DNA of 64,000 nt, taken from a virus. The stretch spans positions 32,001-96,000 of IMG/VR virus record IMGVR_UViG_3300042261_001186; one strand, written 5' to 3'. The position numbers were made by a program, and so were the translations under genes. The notes beneath the pieces were generated by a model. The model was not told the DNA's origin and did not search any database. It saw only the letters and a program-made list of their open reading frames with translations. Position 1 is the first letter of the stretch. The number at the start of each line of letters is the position of its first letter. Positions 28,932 through 39,090 of the stretch are shown here, piece after piece.

Positions 28932-29456
28932 TTAAAATACTTTTGTTAGATTATGTTCTTCGAAGTATTTTTCTGTCAAAACTACAAATTCTATCCCTCT
29001 TTTGTTACAATATTCTTTTGCTGCTTTCCATTTTGCCAAATTCCTCAAAAACATTTTCATCCTATATTCATAATTTTCTAATGCTTTCAAAGTATCTTTT
29101 TTTGGAGCAACTGGTGGTATGGTTTCATTATAAGGTTTTATTTCAATAGCTGTTTTTGAAATACTACCATCTGTTTTTTCTATTTCACAATATGCATCAG
29201 GGTGATATCTATGGGTTTCCCATTTACCATTTATTTGAATTTCATATGGTATGGTCATACCTTCAACATTCCATTTTAAAACTCTTGGTTCATTGTCCAA
29301 ATAAAAATACAATTTATATTCCCATGAGGATCTCCAATATATTACACTTGGATCACCTAAATATTTTGAAGGGTGAATAAGATGATATTCACCATGTTTA
29401 TATCTTTCAGTACCATCTGCTCTTTTAACACCATTTGGTTTTGCTCTATAACCCAT
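28932..29456 (-). CDS. Head completion nuclease (T4 gp4 / TnsA-like)
   Basis: WRSSWE, W..E...IPY, HRYHPD, EIKP, N.AKW.AA..YC, F.VLTEK. Confidence 0.88.
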   Translation of the reverse strand: MGYRAKPNGVKRADGTERYKHGEYHLIHPSKYLGDPSVIYWRSSWEYKLYFYLDNEPRVLKWNVEGMTIPYEIQINGKWETHRYHPDAYCEIEKTDGSISKTAIEIKPYNETIPPVAPKKDTLKALENYEYRMKMFLRNLAKWKAAKEYCNKRGIEFVVLTEKYFEEHNLTKVF

Positions 29457-29984
29457 TTTCTTTCATTTTCTTTTTTAATTCAAACCATTTATTTAAATTA
29501 TCTTTTTTCCAAAGTGGTTGAAGATTTATTAAAGCATTAACAATAAATCTCGCCAAGCATAATAATATGGTCTTAATTTTTTATCATCATAATATTTTTT
29601 TCTTCTATATTCATTAATTATTTCTTTATTTGTTTCTCTCCATTTTTTTACACTATCAGAATGTTGTTTTTTGTTATTTTTATAATATTCCCTACTTTTA
29701 ATTAATATTTCCTCCTTATTTTCATTGTAATATTTTTCTGATTTTTCTTTGAATTTATCAATATTATTTTGATAATATTTTTTAATTCTATCTTTAATTA
29801 ATTCTTTATTATTTTCTCTATATTTTTTTTCTTTAATTAGAATTTCGTTTTTATTTTTTTCATAATATTCAATATTTCTTTTGTCAATTTTTTCTTTGTT
29901 TAAAATATAATATTCAGCATTTTGTTTTTTAATTTTTTCTTTATTTTTTTCTTTATACTCTTTCATTTTTTCTTTATTTCTCAT
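29449..29984 (-). pseudogene. HNH-type endonuclease pseudogene with internal deletion and frameshift
   Basis: Y..NKEKI repeats ending AWRDLL; IVNALINLQPLWKKDNLNK follows in another frame; no HxDH core. Confidence 0.7.
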
Positions 29985-30123
29985 CTTTTTCTTTATCTTT
30001 TTTTATTAAATCAATAATATATTGTGTCATTGTAGTATAATTATCTTTTGATTTTTTAGAAATGTAATCATACAATTCTTTATGTATCCGAAAATTGAAT
30101 AATATTTTTTTATCTTTTAACAT
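29974..30123 (-). CDS. 49-aa ribbon-helix-helix (Arc-like) DNA-binding protein, not in ORF track
   Basis: MLKDKKILFNFRIHKELYDYISKKSKDNYTTMTQYIIDLIKKDKEKDEK*. Confidence 0.65.
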   Translation of the reverse strand: MLKDKKILFNFRIHKELYDYISKKSKDNYTTMTQYIIDLIKKDKEKDEK

Positions 30124-30204
30124 TTTTCTTTATATTGTCTTTACATTATATATTAAATAAAAAAGGTCAAAAATTTCTATTTTGAAATAAATGACCTTTA
30201 TTTT

Positions 30205-30579
30205 TCAGTAATTGTGGAAGCCTTCACCATCATTCGATGAATCAAGACTCACTATTACAACTTTTTCTTGGTTAGCTTTCTTTTGATTGATTTCATTATA
30301 TCCAGCTGCCATACCTCTTTTAAATACTTCTGAAAAATAAGGTAATGCTAATCTGTATTTTTTCTCATTAAAATTGTACCATTTTTGGAACATGTAAAGG
30401 AGTCCAGTTTGAAGACAATCATTTTTGTCATCTGCTGTTTTGTACATATTGTTCTTTTTTCTGATCATGTTTTCACCTATTAAGACAAGCATTCTTTCTG
30501 CTTTTTTGGTCAAGGTTCCTTTACCTTTGGATAAAACAATTTCATAAAATAAATCGTCGTCGTTTAAATAATTGGCCAT
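30205..30579 (-). CDS. Late-transcription sigma factor (T4 gp55-like)
   Basis: YLNDDDL.., D.LQ.GL, NFNEKKY..ALPYFSE matches gp55 NFD..KY.NP.AYFT. Confidence 0.78.
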   Translation of the reverse strand: MANYLNDDDLFYEIVLSKGKGTLTKKAERMLVLIGENMIRKKNNMYKTADDKNDCLQTGLLYMFQKWYNFNEKKYRLALPYFSEVFKRGMAAGYNEINQKKANQEKVVIVSLDSSNDGEGFHNY

Positions 30580-30736
30580 TTCTTAAAAAATTTTTTTTTT
30601 TAATTTTTTTAATTAAATTTGTAACTTGGGGAGAAAATGCTCGAAATGCTTGTAGATGCTAGAATCTTCTTGAAATGGCCTTTATTGCTGTAGTTTGTAT
30701 TTAATCCTTATAGATAGTGGTCAATGAAAAGTTTAA

Positions 30737-30770
30737 AAAAAAATCCCATATAACCTATATGGGATTTTTT
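30737..30770. terminator. Intrinsic terminator
   Basis: AAAAAAATCCCATATA-ACC-TATATGGGATTTTTT. Confidence 0.75.
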
Positions 30771-30785
30771 CAATTTTACAAATTA

Positions 30786-31082
30786 TTAAAATCTGATAGA
30801 ATCATCTCTGGTATATACACCATCAACATAAAAAAATATTTTTCTTAATTCATCAACATTATATATGTTTTCTATAATAATCAAAACATCTTCTTTAGTT
30901 GGAAGATGGTAATTATTTCTATCGTAAAAATAATATAAAATATCATTTAATTTTCCACGATCATCTTTATATAATTGTTTGATTTTATTGGATATTTCAG
31001 TTTTATATTTTTCTATACTCCAATTTAAAGGTTGATTACCAAAAAGTTCATTAAAGTCATTAAATTCAAATAATCTTTTCAT
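30786..31082 (-). CDS. Leader-bearing hypothetical protein
   Basis: MKRLFEFNDFNE. Confidence 0.5.
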   Translation of the reverse strand: MKRLFEFNDFNELFGNQPLNWSIEKYKTEISNKIKQLYKDDRGKLNDILYYFYDRNNYHLPTKEDVLIIIENIYNVDELRKIFFYVDGVYTRDDSIRF

Positions 31083-31097
31083 ATTTCTTATTTTTTT

Positions 31098-32387
31098 TTA
31101 GTTAATCATCGCTTTTTTATATTGTGTTTTTTGATCTCTAGTCTTATTCAATTCTTGATATAAAACATGTCTGTGTGTCAAAAGATTGTCGAAAGACAAT
31201 TTCAAATCTTCATTTCTTTCAATCAATGCTTGATGATTTTTCATTTCATCAATTGCTTCATTAACATCTTTAATGTCAAGTTCAATAGATTTTTCTCTAT
31301 CTTCCAAAGTTTTGATTTGTTTCATTTCTTTTGAAAGTTTGTTTTCATAGAAATGTGTTAAATCATAATCCAAATCTTTCTTAACATCATTGATAAGTTC
31401 GTTAACAGATTCATATTGATAGAATGAACTACCTGTACGAATATCTCTGCTATACAAACACATTTTGTTCTTGTAATTGAAAGCGTAAGATTCCAAATAA
31501 GGATTCAAAATGTTTGTGATTTTCAAAGCTATATCTAATTCAACTAAATTGTTGAGGTTTTCTTTAATTGTATTAAGCAATAAGAAATAATCTCTCTTCA
31601 AGTAAGGAATAATTGGTGAATTGAAAATATTTTCAAGTGATGTTTCAGCATCCAATTTTTCTTCATTAATGAACAAAGATTTATCACTTTTTGTTGAAAG
31701 ACTTAACATAACATTTTCATCAATTTTGAAAGAAATTTTGTTATCTTCAATTGTTGACAATTTCATACATTGTTCCAAAATTCTGATTTCTTTGATTTTA
31801 TCTTCATCTTTGATGTAATCTTCAGCCAAAACTTGTTTAACTTCATTTTCATCGATTAAGAACCATCTATCTGCCAAGTAAGCCATATAACCATCACCAA
31901 CTTTTTCAACTATGGTATAAACTTTTTCACCTTTACCAGAGTTTGACATATTTTGTCTTTCCAATGGGGATCTAGTTAAATTAAAAACAAATTTCTTAAT
32001 TTCAGGAACCCAATCATACATACGGAGTTCATTAAGAATAGATTCCATTCTAGCATCATCATTATCTTTATTGATGATTTCTAAAATTGTGTGTAATGGT
32101 TGTCTGTACAACATACCTTGGTTACCACGTTCTACCCTTTTGTAGAGGTCTTTCAATTCATACACTAAAGGATATGATTTCATTTCAGAATCTAATGATT
32201 CCAAAAATCTTTTAACATCAGTATCATATGTGTACTTGATGAGTTTTTCATTAACAGCTTTGACCAATTCTTTTTCAGAATAATTATCACAATTGACAAT
32301 GAATCCTTCTACCAAACTTGAAATATCAGTTTGATCGAAAGTCAATCTGTTCTTGAAATTGAATAATTCTAATTTAAAGTTTTTCAT
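31098..32387 (-). CDS. Hypothetical protein with C-terminal coiled coil, probably head-related
   Basis: 429-aa ORF in the late head cluster. Confidence 0.55.
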   Translation of the reverse strand: MKNFKLELFNFKNRLTFDQTDISSLVEGFIVNCDNYSEKELVKAVNEKLIKYTYDTDVKRFLESLDSEMKSYPLVYELKDLYKRVERGNQGMLYRQPLHTILEIINKDNDDARMESILNELRMYDWVPEIKKFVFNLTRSPLERQNMSNSGKGEKVYTIVEKVGDGYMAYLADRWFLIDENEVKQVLAEDYIKDEDKIKEIRILEQCMKLSTIEDNKISFKIDENVMLSLSTKSDKSLFINEEKLDAETSLENIFNSPIIPYLKRDYFLLLNTIKENLNNLVELDIALKITNILNPYLESYAFNYKNKMCLYSRDIRTGSSFYQYESVNELINDVKKDLDYDLTHFYENKLSKEMKQIKTLEDREKSIELDIKDVNEAIDEMKNHQALIERNEDLKLSFDNLLTHRHVLYQELNKTRDQKTQYKKAMIN

Positions 32388-32406
32388 ATTATTTTTCTTT
32401 TTTTTT

Positions 32407-32902
32407 ATTTTATTTTAATCTTTAAGTATTTAATCAATTCATTGTTTTTCCAAAAAGTATATGCATATTCACATGATTTTTTCAATTCGTTTATTGTTAT
32501 TTTAGCTTCATCATTATTCCATTCTTCATTAATTAATGGACTTTAAAATTTTTTAAATGTTTCATAATGATTTATTTTTTTTTCATATTATTCAAAAAAG
32601 CAGTGTAAGCAATTTTTAGACTTCCAACAGAAACATTATCTATATTTTCTAAGATATATTTCTTATACATTTCCCTAGCCTTTTCAACTTCTTCTTGGTA
32701 TTTTGATGCTTCATTAAATTTTTTTAAATGGTTCATAGTTTGTTGTATTTAATTTAATCTTCTTCTTCAAAATCTTCTGGAAATCTTTTTTCCAATATTG
32801 ATCTTAGAAACATTATTTCTTTTTTCAATTCAAGAATAACATCCTATCCAAGGCTGGATTATTGATATTTTCATTAAGACTCAATTTTTTTACGTGTTTC
32901 AT
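32407..32902 (-). pseudogene. Three tiny leader-bearing ORFs, two frameshifted
   Basis: MKHVKKLSLNE.. (from 32902, shifted); MNHLKKFNE/A.. (32572-32736, intact, 54 aa); MKHLKNFK / PLINEEW.. (from 32565, shifted). Confidence 0.55.
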
Positions 32903-33028
32903 AATTTTATTTATTTTTTTTTGTATGTTTTACATTTTGAAAAAAATAGACATAATACAGTAATATATATTAACCAAAAAAACCCATTTTTTTCTAAAAT
33001 AGGTTTTTTAAGTTCAAATAAATATTTT

Positions 33029-33265
33029 TTAATTCATATAATCATCGATTTCTGATATAGAAATTTCTTCAACATAATCATATTTGGATCTAAGGTCATC
33101 CATTATGTCGTCGATGTCCAATTTGTTATCATAATAATAATCTATGTCGACAGGTTCTTTACCTGTATACAATTCCACTCGCCAATCAAAATCATTGACA
33201 GCTTTGATGACGCATTTCTCTCCCTGTTCCTCAAGGAAAATGTAATAGATGTCTTTAGAACTCAT
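33029..33265 (-). CDS. Acidic hypothetical protein
   Basis: ORF with late motif at 33289. Confidence 0.55.
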   Translation of the reverse strand: MSSKDIYYIFLEEQGEKCVIKAVNDFDWRVELYTGKEPVDIDYYYDNKLDIDDIMDDLRSKYDYVEEISISEIDDYMN

Positions 33266-33309
33266 GAATATAGGATTTTTTTTTCACCTATATATTCTAA
33301 TTCTTATGT

Positions 33310-33573
33310 CTATTTTGAAAAAACTAACTTAGGGGCTAAGTAGCAAAAGGTAATAACATAATTTTCTTGATCGTTTTTAACACTATATTGGTTAAATTTA
33401 AAATTCTTCCAACATTCAGTACTATTTAAATATCTTATGATATTCATAATAATTCTTGTATTTGGATTTTCTTTGTAATGAATTTTTAGAATTTTACCAT
33501 ATTGGTCATGTTCCGTCTTGATTATGTTATCTGAAATACCTTTGAATTTAGGCAATCCACATTCACAATCCAT
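33310..33573 (-). CDS. Hypothetical protein
   Basis: ORF co-oriented with neighbours. Confidence 0.45.
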   Translation of the reverse strand: MDCECGLPKFKGISDNIIKTEHDQYGKILKIHYKENPNTRIIMNIIRYLNSTECWKNFKFNQYSVKNDQENYVITFCYLAPKLVFSK

Positions 33574-33626
33574 AAAATGAATTTATTTTTATTTAATAAA
33601 ATTTAGGTAATAATTTAACAATTTGT

Positions 33627-34577
33627 TTAATCTAATTTTTGATATGCTCCACCTGTTGAATTCAAGTGTAATCTTGGATTCCCAGGTATATAATTTCCAG
33701 CATTGCTTCCTAATCGTCCTGTAGTTGGTGTGTAGTAACTAAAAGTATCCAATGAAGGGTATTGTTTGTACATTACAGGTTTTAAGACCGTTGTAACAGA
33801 ACTATAAACAACTTTACCATCATCAACATATGTAGCATCATTCATAACTTGTTTATTCTTATATAACCATTTATGTTGTATAGCATAATCGATAAAAAGT
33901 TTTTTATCTGCATCATTTACCGTATAAATTCTATCCATATAACTTCTACCTGTAGGTTTTCTCAAGTTATGCCAAACCAATGCTCTACCTTTTATTTTTG
34001 TTCCATCATCATTTAATAAAACTAAAAGATTACATACTTCTGGATTTTTACAATAAATATCAAAATAAGGTTGAGCTTTAGCACCTTTCATACAAGAATT
34101 GTTTATGTCACCAGATGATTGGGTTGTATAATGAGAATCTAAATACCAATATCTAATTTCTTCACCAGAAACTAATTTTAAATTTGAGAATGTTTTACTC
34201 ATTTCACCTTTAAAATCATTAACAAATATTTCTATATCTTTTTGTTGGTATTTATCTGGACAAAGTTTATTAACTAATCTACCAACACCAGTTTCTTGTC
34301 TCATTCTTGAAGTAAAATTATCATTGCCTTGTCTGCCTAAAACATCATCTGCATCAGTAGTTATTTTACCAGCTGGCATAAAAGAAATTTTATCTATTTT
34401 ATCTTTAGTATCAAAACAATCTAAATATGATATATCAAATGGTTTACCTTCAAGTGCTAATATTTCATCAGAAATATTAAGATTTAAACTTTTTAAAACC
34501 TTTTTTAATTTAGGTGAAATTATCAAAGGTGCCTCTGCCGCTTCAAATAAAAATTTGTTATAACTATTTATTTTCAT
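33627..34577 (-). CDS. SCM/GRALVW/MDRIY family protein, paralog 1
   Basis: SCM, FDIY..NP, GRALVW, MDRIY, YPSLDT..YYTP.TGRL; leader ..FLFE/A. Confidence 0.75.
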   Translation of the reverse strand: MKINSYNKFLFEAAEAPLIISPKLKKVLKSLNLNISDEILALEGKPFDISYLDCFDTKDKIDKISFMPAGKITTDADDVLGRQGNDNFTSRMRQETGVGRLVNKLCPDKYQQKDIEIFVNDFKGEMSKTFSNLKLVSGEEIRYWYLDSHYTTQSSGDINNSCMKGAKAQPYFDIYCKNPEVCNLLVLLNDDGTKIKGRALVWHNLRKPTGRSYMDRIYTVNDADKKLFIDYAIQHKWLYKNKQVMNDATYVDDGKVVYSSVTTVLKPVMYKQYPSLDTFSYYTPTTGRLGSNAGNYIPGNPRLHLNSTGGAYQKLD

Positions 34578-34595
34578 TTCATCTTTATTTGTTTT

Positions 34596-34820
34596 TTATT
34601 GCCATTCGATATTTTTGTCTTTATATATTTCTAGTTTTTGTAGTTCTTCAATTATTTTATTTGTGGCATCCCTTATAGATCCTGATAACATATGGGCATT
34701 ACCATCCTCATCTGCATAAACATCAACATATGACAATATTATGTCATATATTTTAAGTCGTAAGTCATGTTCAGGAAAATCCCAATATGGTTCCAATTGT
34801 TCATTAAATTTGTCTATCAT
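34596..34820 (-). CDS. Small protein with leader and IEW tail
   Basis: MIDKFNE; ends YKDKNIEWQ. Confidence 0.55.
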   Translation of the reverse strand: MIDKFNEQLEPYWDFPEHDLRLKIYDIILSYVDVYADEDGNAHMLSGSIRDATNKIIEELQKLEIYKDKNIEWQ

Positions 34821-35878
34821 TTGTTTGTACTTAATCTTTTAAATCCTCCTCCAATTTTTTGCAATTGTAGTCTTTCAAGGGGTTCACCTGTTTTTGGATT
34901 TAATGTTGGTTTACCTCTTGAAGATGATAATCTACCTGTATATGGTGTGTAATAACAAAGAGTATCCAAATAAGGATATTTAGGATATTCTCCAGCGTGT
35001 TTCAATCTGGTTGTTATTGGTTTATCCATTATGACATCTTTAAACCAAAAAGTTGTACAATCTTTTGTTTGATGTGTTTTACAGAACCAGTTTTTTTCTT
35101 TTGCATAATTAATGAAAATATTGACATCAGATTCTTTTGTATAGTAAATTCTATCCAAGAATGTTCCCTTTGTTGGGTTTTCTGGTTTATCAACTACATA
35201 AACATCCATCCAAACTAAAGCTCTACCAACTAATAAATTATCTTTATTTAACATAACAAGCATTTTAACATTATCTGGGTTATTTACATATATGTCAAAA
35301 AAATCTTGTTTTTCAGGTTGTTTCATACATGATTTCATAAGGACTGTTCTTATGTCAGCTTGACCTTCTGGTGGAGCATCTATAACACCTGGATTAGGAT
35401 TAAAATAACTTTTTATATGATAATATTTCCTTATATCTTCACCATCCACCAAAACCATCCTATAGTTTCCTTGATCCAATGCTCCTTTGAAACTATTTCC
35501 AAATTTTTCAAGTTCACTTGTTCCAGCATAATGAGGTAATGTTCTAGCTACAAATCCACCTATTTTAATAGGTTGTCTACCATATTCACCCCAAGCTGGA
35601 CTATCTGGACCAGGACTTACCAAATCTTTTTCACTAAGTCCTACAATTCTATTTAATCTATTAGCTGGTAAGTATGATAGAACATCTACATCTTTTGTTA
35701 AATCAATGTATGAAAATGCAAATTTATCATCTTCACTTTCAGTTAAACTTAGTAATTCTCTTGATATTGGTGAATTTATAGATTTCAAAATTTGAGTCAA
35801 TTTAGGAGAAAAAAACATTTTCACTTCTTTGACGTTTATTTCGTTTTCAAATAAATAATCCTTATAATTTCTAACCAC
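34817..35878 (-). CDS. SCM/GRALVW family protein, paralog 2
   Basis: Same motifs; leader MVRNYKDYLFE/N. Confidence 0.75.
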   Translation of the reverse strand: MVRNYKDYLFENEINVKEVKMFFSPKLTQILKSINSPISRELLSLTESEDDKFAFSYIDLTKDVDVLSYLPANRLNRIVGLSEKDLVSPGPDSPAWGEYGRQPIKIGGFVARTLPHYAGTSELEKFGNSFKGALDQGNYRMVLVDGEDIRKYYHIKSYFNPNPGVIDAPPEGQADIRTVLMKSCMKQPEKQDFFDIYVNNPDNVKMLVMLNKDNLLVGRALVWMDVYVVDKPENPTKGTFLDRIYYTKESDVNIFINYAKEKNWFCKTHQTKDCTTFWFKDVIMDKPITTRLKHAGEYPKYPYLDTLCYYTPYTGRLSSSRGKPTLNPKTGEPLERLQLQKIGGGFKRLSTNK

Positions 35879-35894
35879 AATTAATAATTATTTT

Positions 35895-36935
35895 TTAGTC
35901 TACTCTTCCATAACTACCATCAGTAGCTTCTAATTTCAATCTTCTTTTCCCAGGAACTGGATTACCAGCATCAGAACCAAGTCTTCCTGTGTCTGGATTG
36001 TAATATTTCATTGTATCCATATAAGGATATCTATTGTATTCTCTAGGTGTTAGAGCTATAGCCATAGATTTTTTGACAACTTGTCCATCTTCTACATATC
36101 CTGGGTCTCTAGCACTTTGTTGATATTTATACAACCAACCTCTTTCCATAGCATATTTCTTGAATAATTCTTCATCAGATTGTTTGATTACATATATTCT
36201 ATCCATGAAAGTTTTGTCTGTTGGTTTTCTTAATCCTATCCAAACAAGAGCTCTTCCTAAGAGTTTTCCATTATTATCTAATAAAACTAATAAATTACAT
36301 TTATCAGGATTTCTAACATATATGTCAAAAAATGGTTGACAATGTGGATGCCTCATACATGAACCACCTAAACCACCACCAGCATTACCTTGTACAGCAT
36401 AACTATTTTCAAGGTAGTATTTTCTAATGTCTTCACCTTTTACTAATTTAAAATTATCAAAAATGAACAATGCTGCAATTTCAGCTTGATAAGCGTTTCC
36501 GAATTTCTGTATTGCCATATCAGTGAAATCATCAAATAATTTAGTAACAAGTTTGTTAACAGCAAATGTTTGTCTACCACTGGCTTTCCAAACTGGTGAA
36601 TCATCAGTTGGTTTTACATTAGCTTCTTCTTGAGTTTGAAAATTCATATTTCTCCAAGCTCTAGCTGCAGGCATAAAAGAAATTTCAGTGCCTTTATTTC
36701 CATCTACAATATCCAAATAAGTAAAATCAAATAATTCATCATCTGATTTAGACAATTGTATAATCCTATTTATGACGGTTTTTGTTTGAAAATCACCTGT
36801 TTTCAACATTTTTGCGAAAATACCTAACAACCTAGATGAAATAAATAATTTCATCAATTTTTTTTCACCTTTTACAAAAGCAGGTTTACCTGACATATCT
36901 GGCTCTAAATCTTCTTTTATATAATTTTTTCTCAT
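35895..36935 (-). CDS. SCM/GRALVW family protein, paralog 3
   Basis: Same motifs. Confidence 0.75.
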   Translation of the reverse strand: MRKNYIKEDLEPDMSGKPAFVKGEKKLMKLFISSRLLGIFAKMLKTGDFQTKTVINRIIQLSKSDDELFDFTYLDIVDGNKGTEISFMPAARAWRNMNFQTQEEANVKPTDDSPVWKASGRQTFAVNKLVTKLFDDFTDMAIQKFGNAYQAEIAALFIFDNFKLVKGEDIRKYYLENSYAVQGNAGGGLGGSCMRHPHCQPFFDIYVRNPDKCNLLVLLDNNGKLLGRALVWIGLRKPTDKTFMDRIYVIKQSDEELFKKYAMERGWLYKYQQSARDPGYVEDGQVVKKSMAIALTPREYNRYPYMDTMKYYNPDTGRLGSDAGNPVPGKRRLKLEATDGSYGRVD

Positions 36936-36960
36936 TTTTTATATATGTTAATTTTTATTT

Positions 36961-37938
36961 TTAATCAATATTTCCATGTCCACCATCTTGATGCCTCAAA
37001 TTATATCTTCTAAATGTCCTTGAAGGGTTGTTTGGGTCCCTTGCTGGATTTCCTGCAGTTGATGATAATCTACCAGTTGCTGGAGTATAATATTGCATTG
37101 TGTCCATATAAGGATATAATGCATGATCAACAGGTTTTACTCTAGTTGTCACAGATGTTGTTTTTCTTTGTCCGTTTAACATAAATGAATCACTTTCTTT
37201 ATATAACCAACCGTTTTCAATAGCATATTTTTTAAATAATGGTGGTATAACAGATTGTTTTCCAGATGCTGGATAAACTCTATCCATTAACCAATAAGGT
37301 TCTTTATCTTCTTTTGTATCACCACTAGGTTTTATTAAATTATTCCAAACTAAACATCTACCATAAGCTCTATCTCCACTTTCATCTAAATATACTAAAA
37401 GTCCGCATTTTTCTGGGTTTTTTGTATAAATATCAAAGAATTTTTGACATTTGTCATATCTCATACATGAACCCATTTCACCATTATATTTTTTCTCATG
37501 ATACCAAATTCTAACATCATCACCTCTCATTAATTGGAATCTTTCATCTCCCTTATCATCTAATTGTGGACGATATCTATCATAGAAAGCATCAATGTCA
37601 ACATTTGTAAATTTACCAGGAAATAATTTATTAATCATTTTTCCCCAGTTTCCACTATTTCTAAGTGATGTAGTCCAATATTCAGCAGGTGTACATCTTT
37701 TAGATCTATCTGTTGATAATGCTGATACACTTTTGCTGTCATCTTTTACAATATCTAACCAAGAAACATCACTCAAACTTTCACCTTCTGATTTCAGTAA
37801 TTCTTTCGCAACTGATGTTGTATCTATTTTTTTGAGAATAGTTTTTAATTTTGGCGAAAAAACAAGAGGACTTGTTTCTCTAACAATTTCTCCCTCATTT
37901 AAGAAACTATCAAAACCTATAATATAGTCTTTTTTCAT
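36961..37938 (-). CDS. SCM/GRCLVW family protein, paralog 4
   Basis: Same motifs; leader ..FDSFLNE/G. Confidence 0.75.
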   Translation of the reverse strand: MKKDYIIGFDSFLNEGEIVRETSPLVFSPKLKTILKKIDTTSVAKELLKSEGESLSDVSWLDIVKDDSKSVSALSTDRSKRCTPAEYWTTSLRNSGNWGKMINKLFPGKFTNVDIDAFYDRYRPQLDDKGDERFQLMRGDDVRIWYHEKKYNGEMGSCMRYDKCQKFFDIYTKNPEKCGLLVYLDESGDRAYGRCLVWNNLIKPSGDTKEDKEPYWLMDRVYPASGKQSVIPPLFKKYAIENGWLYKESDSFMLNGQRKTTSVTTRVKPVDHALYPYMDTMQYYTPATGRLSSTAGNPARDPNNPSRTFRRYNLRHQDGGHGNID

Positions 37939-38009
37939 AAAATGCTAATTTAGTTTTTTTTATTTATATATTATATTTTTTTTTTCATTTTTTTACTTTT
38001 ATATTGCTT

Positions 38010-39074
38010 TTAAGTAAATATCAAATTGAAATTGATCGTTTGATTGAAATATGTTGAAAAAGTGTATTTTATTATATTGTAATTATATGACCAATCACTA
38101 TCTAGACCAACAGATGTTACAACTTCAGATGATACCCAATCAATAAGATTAAGTTCTGGGTCATTACCTACTATTATTTTTCCATTTGTTCCATAATTTG
38201 TTGGGGTTATGGCTGGATAACCCAAATATAAATATTTTAAAATGGATGTTGGTCTCATTGTAAATGTTTGATTGGCTTTTCCTTTTATTAATTTACCATT
38301 TGTAAGTGATGTAGTTTGTGATGCATTTGTATAAAATTGACCATTTAAAAAAGATGATTGAGTTTGTTGAGGACTATATTGACTTAATATCCACAAATAA
38401 GGGAAATATGCATTTATTGATGTTGATGCTGTTATAGGACCCATACTACAATAATATTTAGCTGTTTCTGTCAAAGTCCAAGAACTTTGTTCATAATCCA
38501 ACGGTTTAAATTCTATTACTGGTGGTGGTTTTCCATTTAAAGTATCATAAGTTAACATATAAGGTTGTGTGTTCCAAGTACTTATAATATTATTATTTCC
38601 TGGATTATAAGGTGGTACACTTGTTTGTATTATGTCTAAATTACTAAAAGAAGTTTCTTCATTTATAGTTGTTTCTCCAGTGACATTGAAACCAGATGGT
38701 TTTGAACCTATTTCAAATTCATTTTGAACTACTCCATCTTTTAATATGTAACATGTTATTGTTGCACCAGATAATTCCCTAATAGGTCCTACATCTTTTA
38801 TCAAAGTTTCATCTGAATCTTTAACCCCAACTTCATTTATTGCATATGCCCTAAATCTATATGTTTTTCCTATTGTTAATCCTGTAACAGTGTCAGTAAA
38901 AATATGTGTTATTGGATTAATTGTACTAACAGGCCATATAGAAGATCCAGCTATATAATATCCAGGTTTTTCTGTACCATTAATATATTCTCTATATGTG
39001 AAACCAAATTCCAAAAGATTTGCATATCCACCATAATCATCCACTTTTCCTGTTACTGTTGTAGTAATTATCAT
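38010..39074 (-). CDS. Fibronectin type III-containing virion protein
   Basis: TGLTIGKTYRFRAYAINEVG. Confidence 0.65.
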   Translation of the reverse strand: MIITTTVTGKVDDYGGYANLLEFGFTYREYINGTEKPGYYIAGSSIWPVSTINPITHIFTDTVTGLTIGKTYRFRAYAINEVGVKDSDETLIKDVGPIRELSGATITCYILKDGVVQNEFEIGSKPSGFNVTGETTINEETSFSNLDIIQTSVPPYNPGNNNIISTWNTQPYMLTYDTLNGKPPPVIEFKPLDYEQSSWTLTETAKYYCSMGPITASTSINAYFPYLWILSQYSPQQTQSSFLNGQFYTNASQTTSLTNGKLIKGKANQTFTMRPTSILKYLYLGYPAITPTNYGTNGKIIVGNDPELNLIDWVSSEVVTSVGLDSDWSYNYNIIKYTFSTYFNQTINFNLIFT

Positions 39075-39090
39075 TTATTTTTAATTTTTT

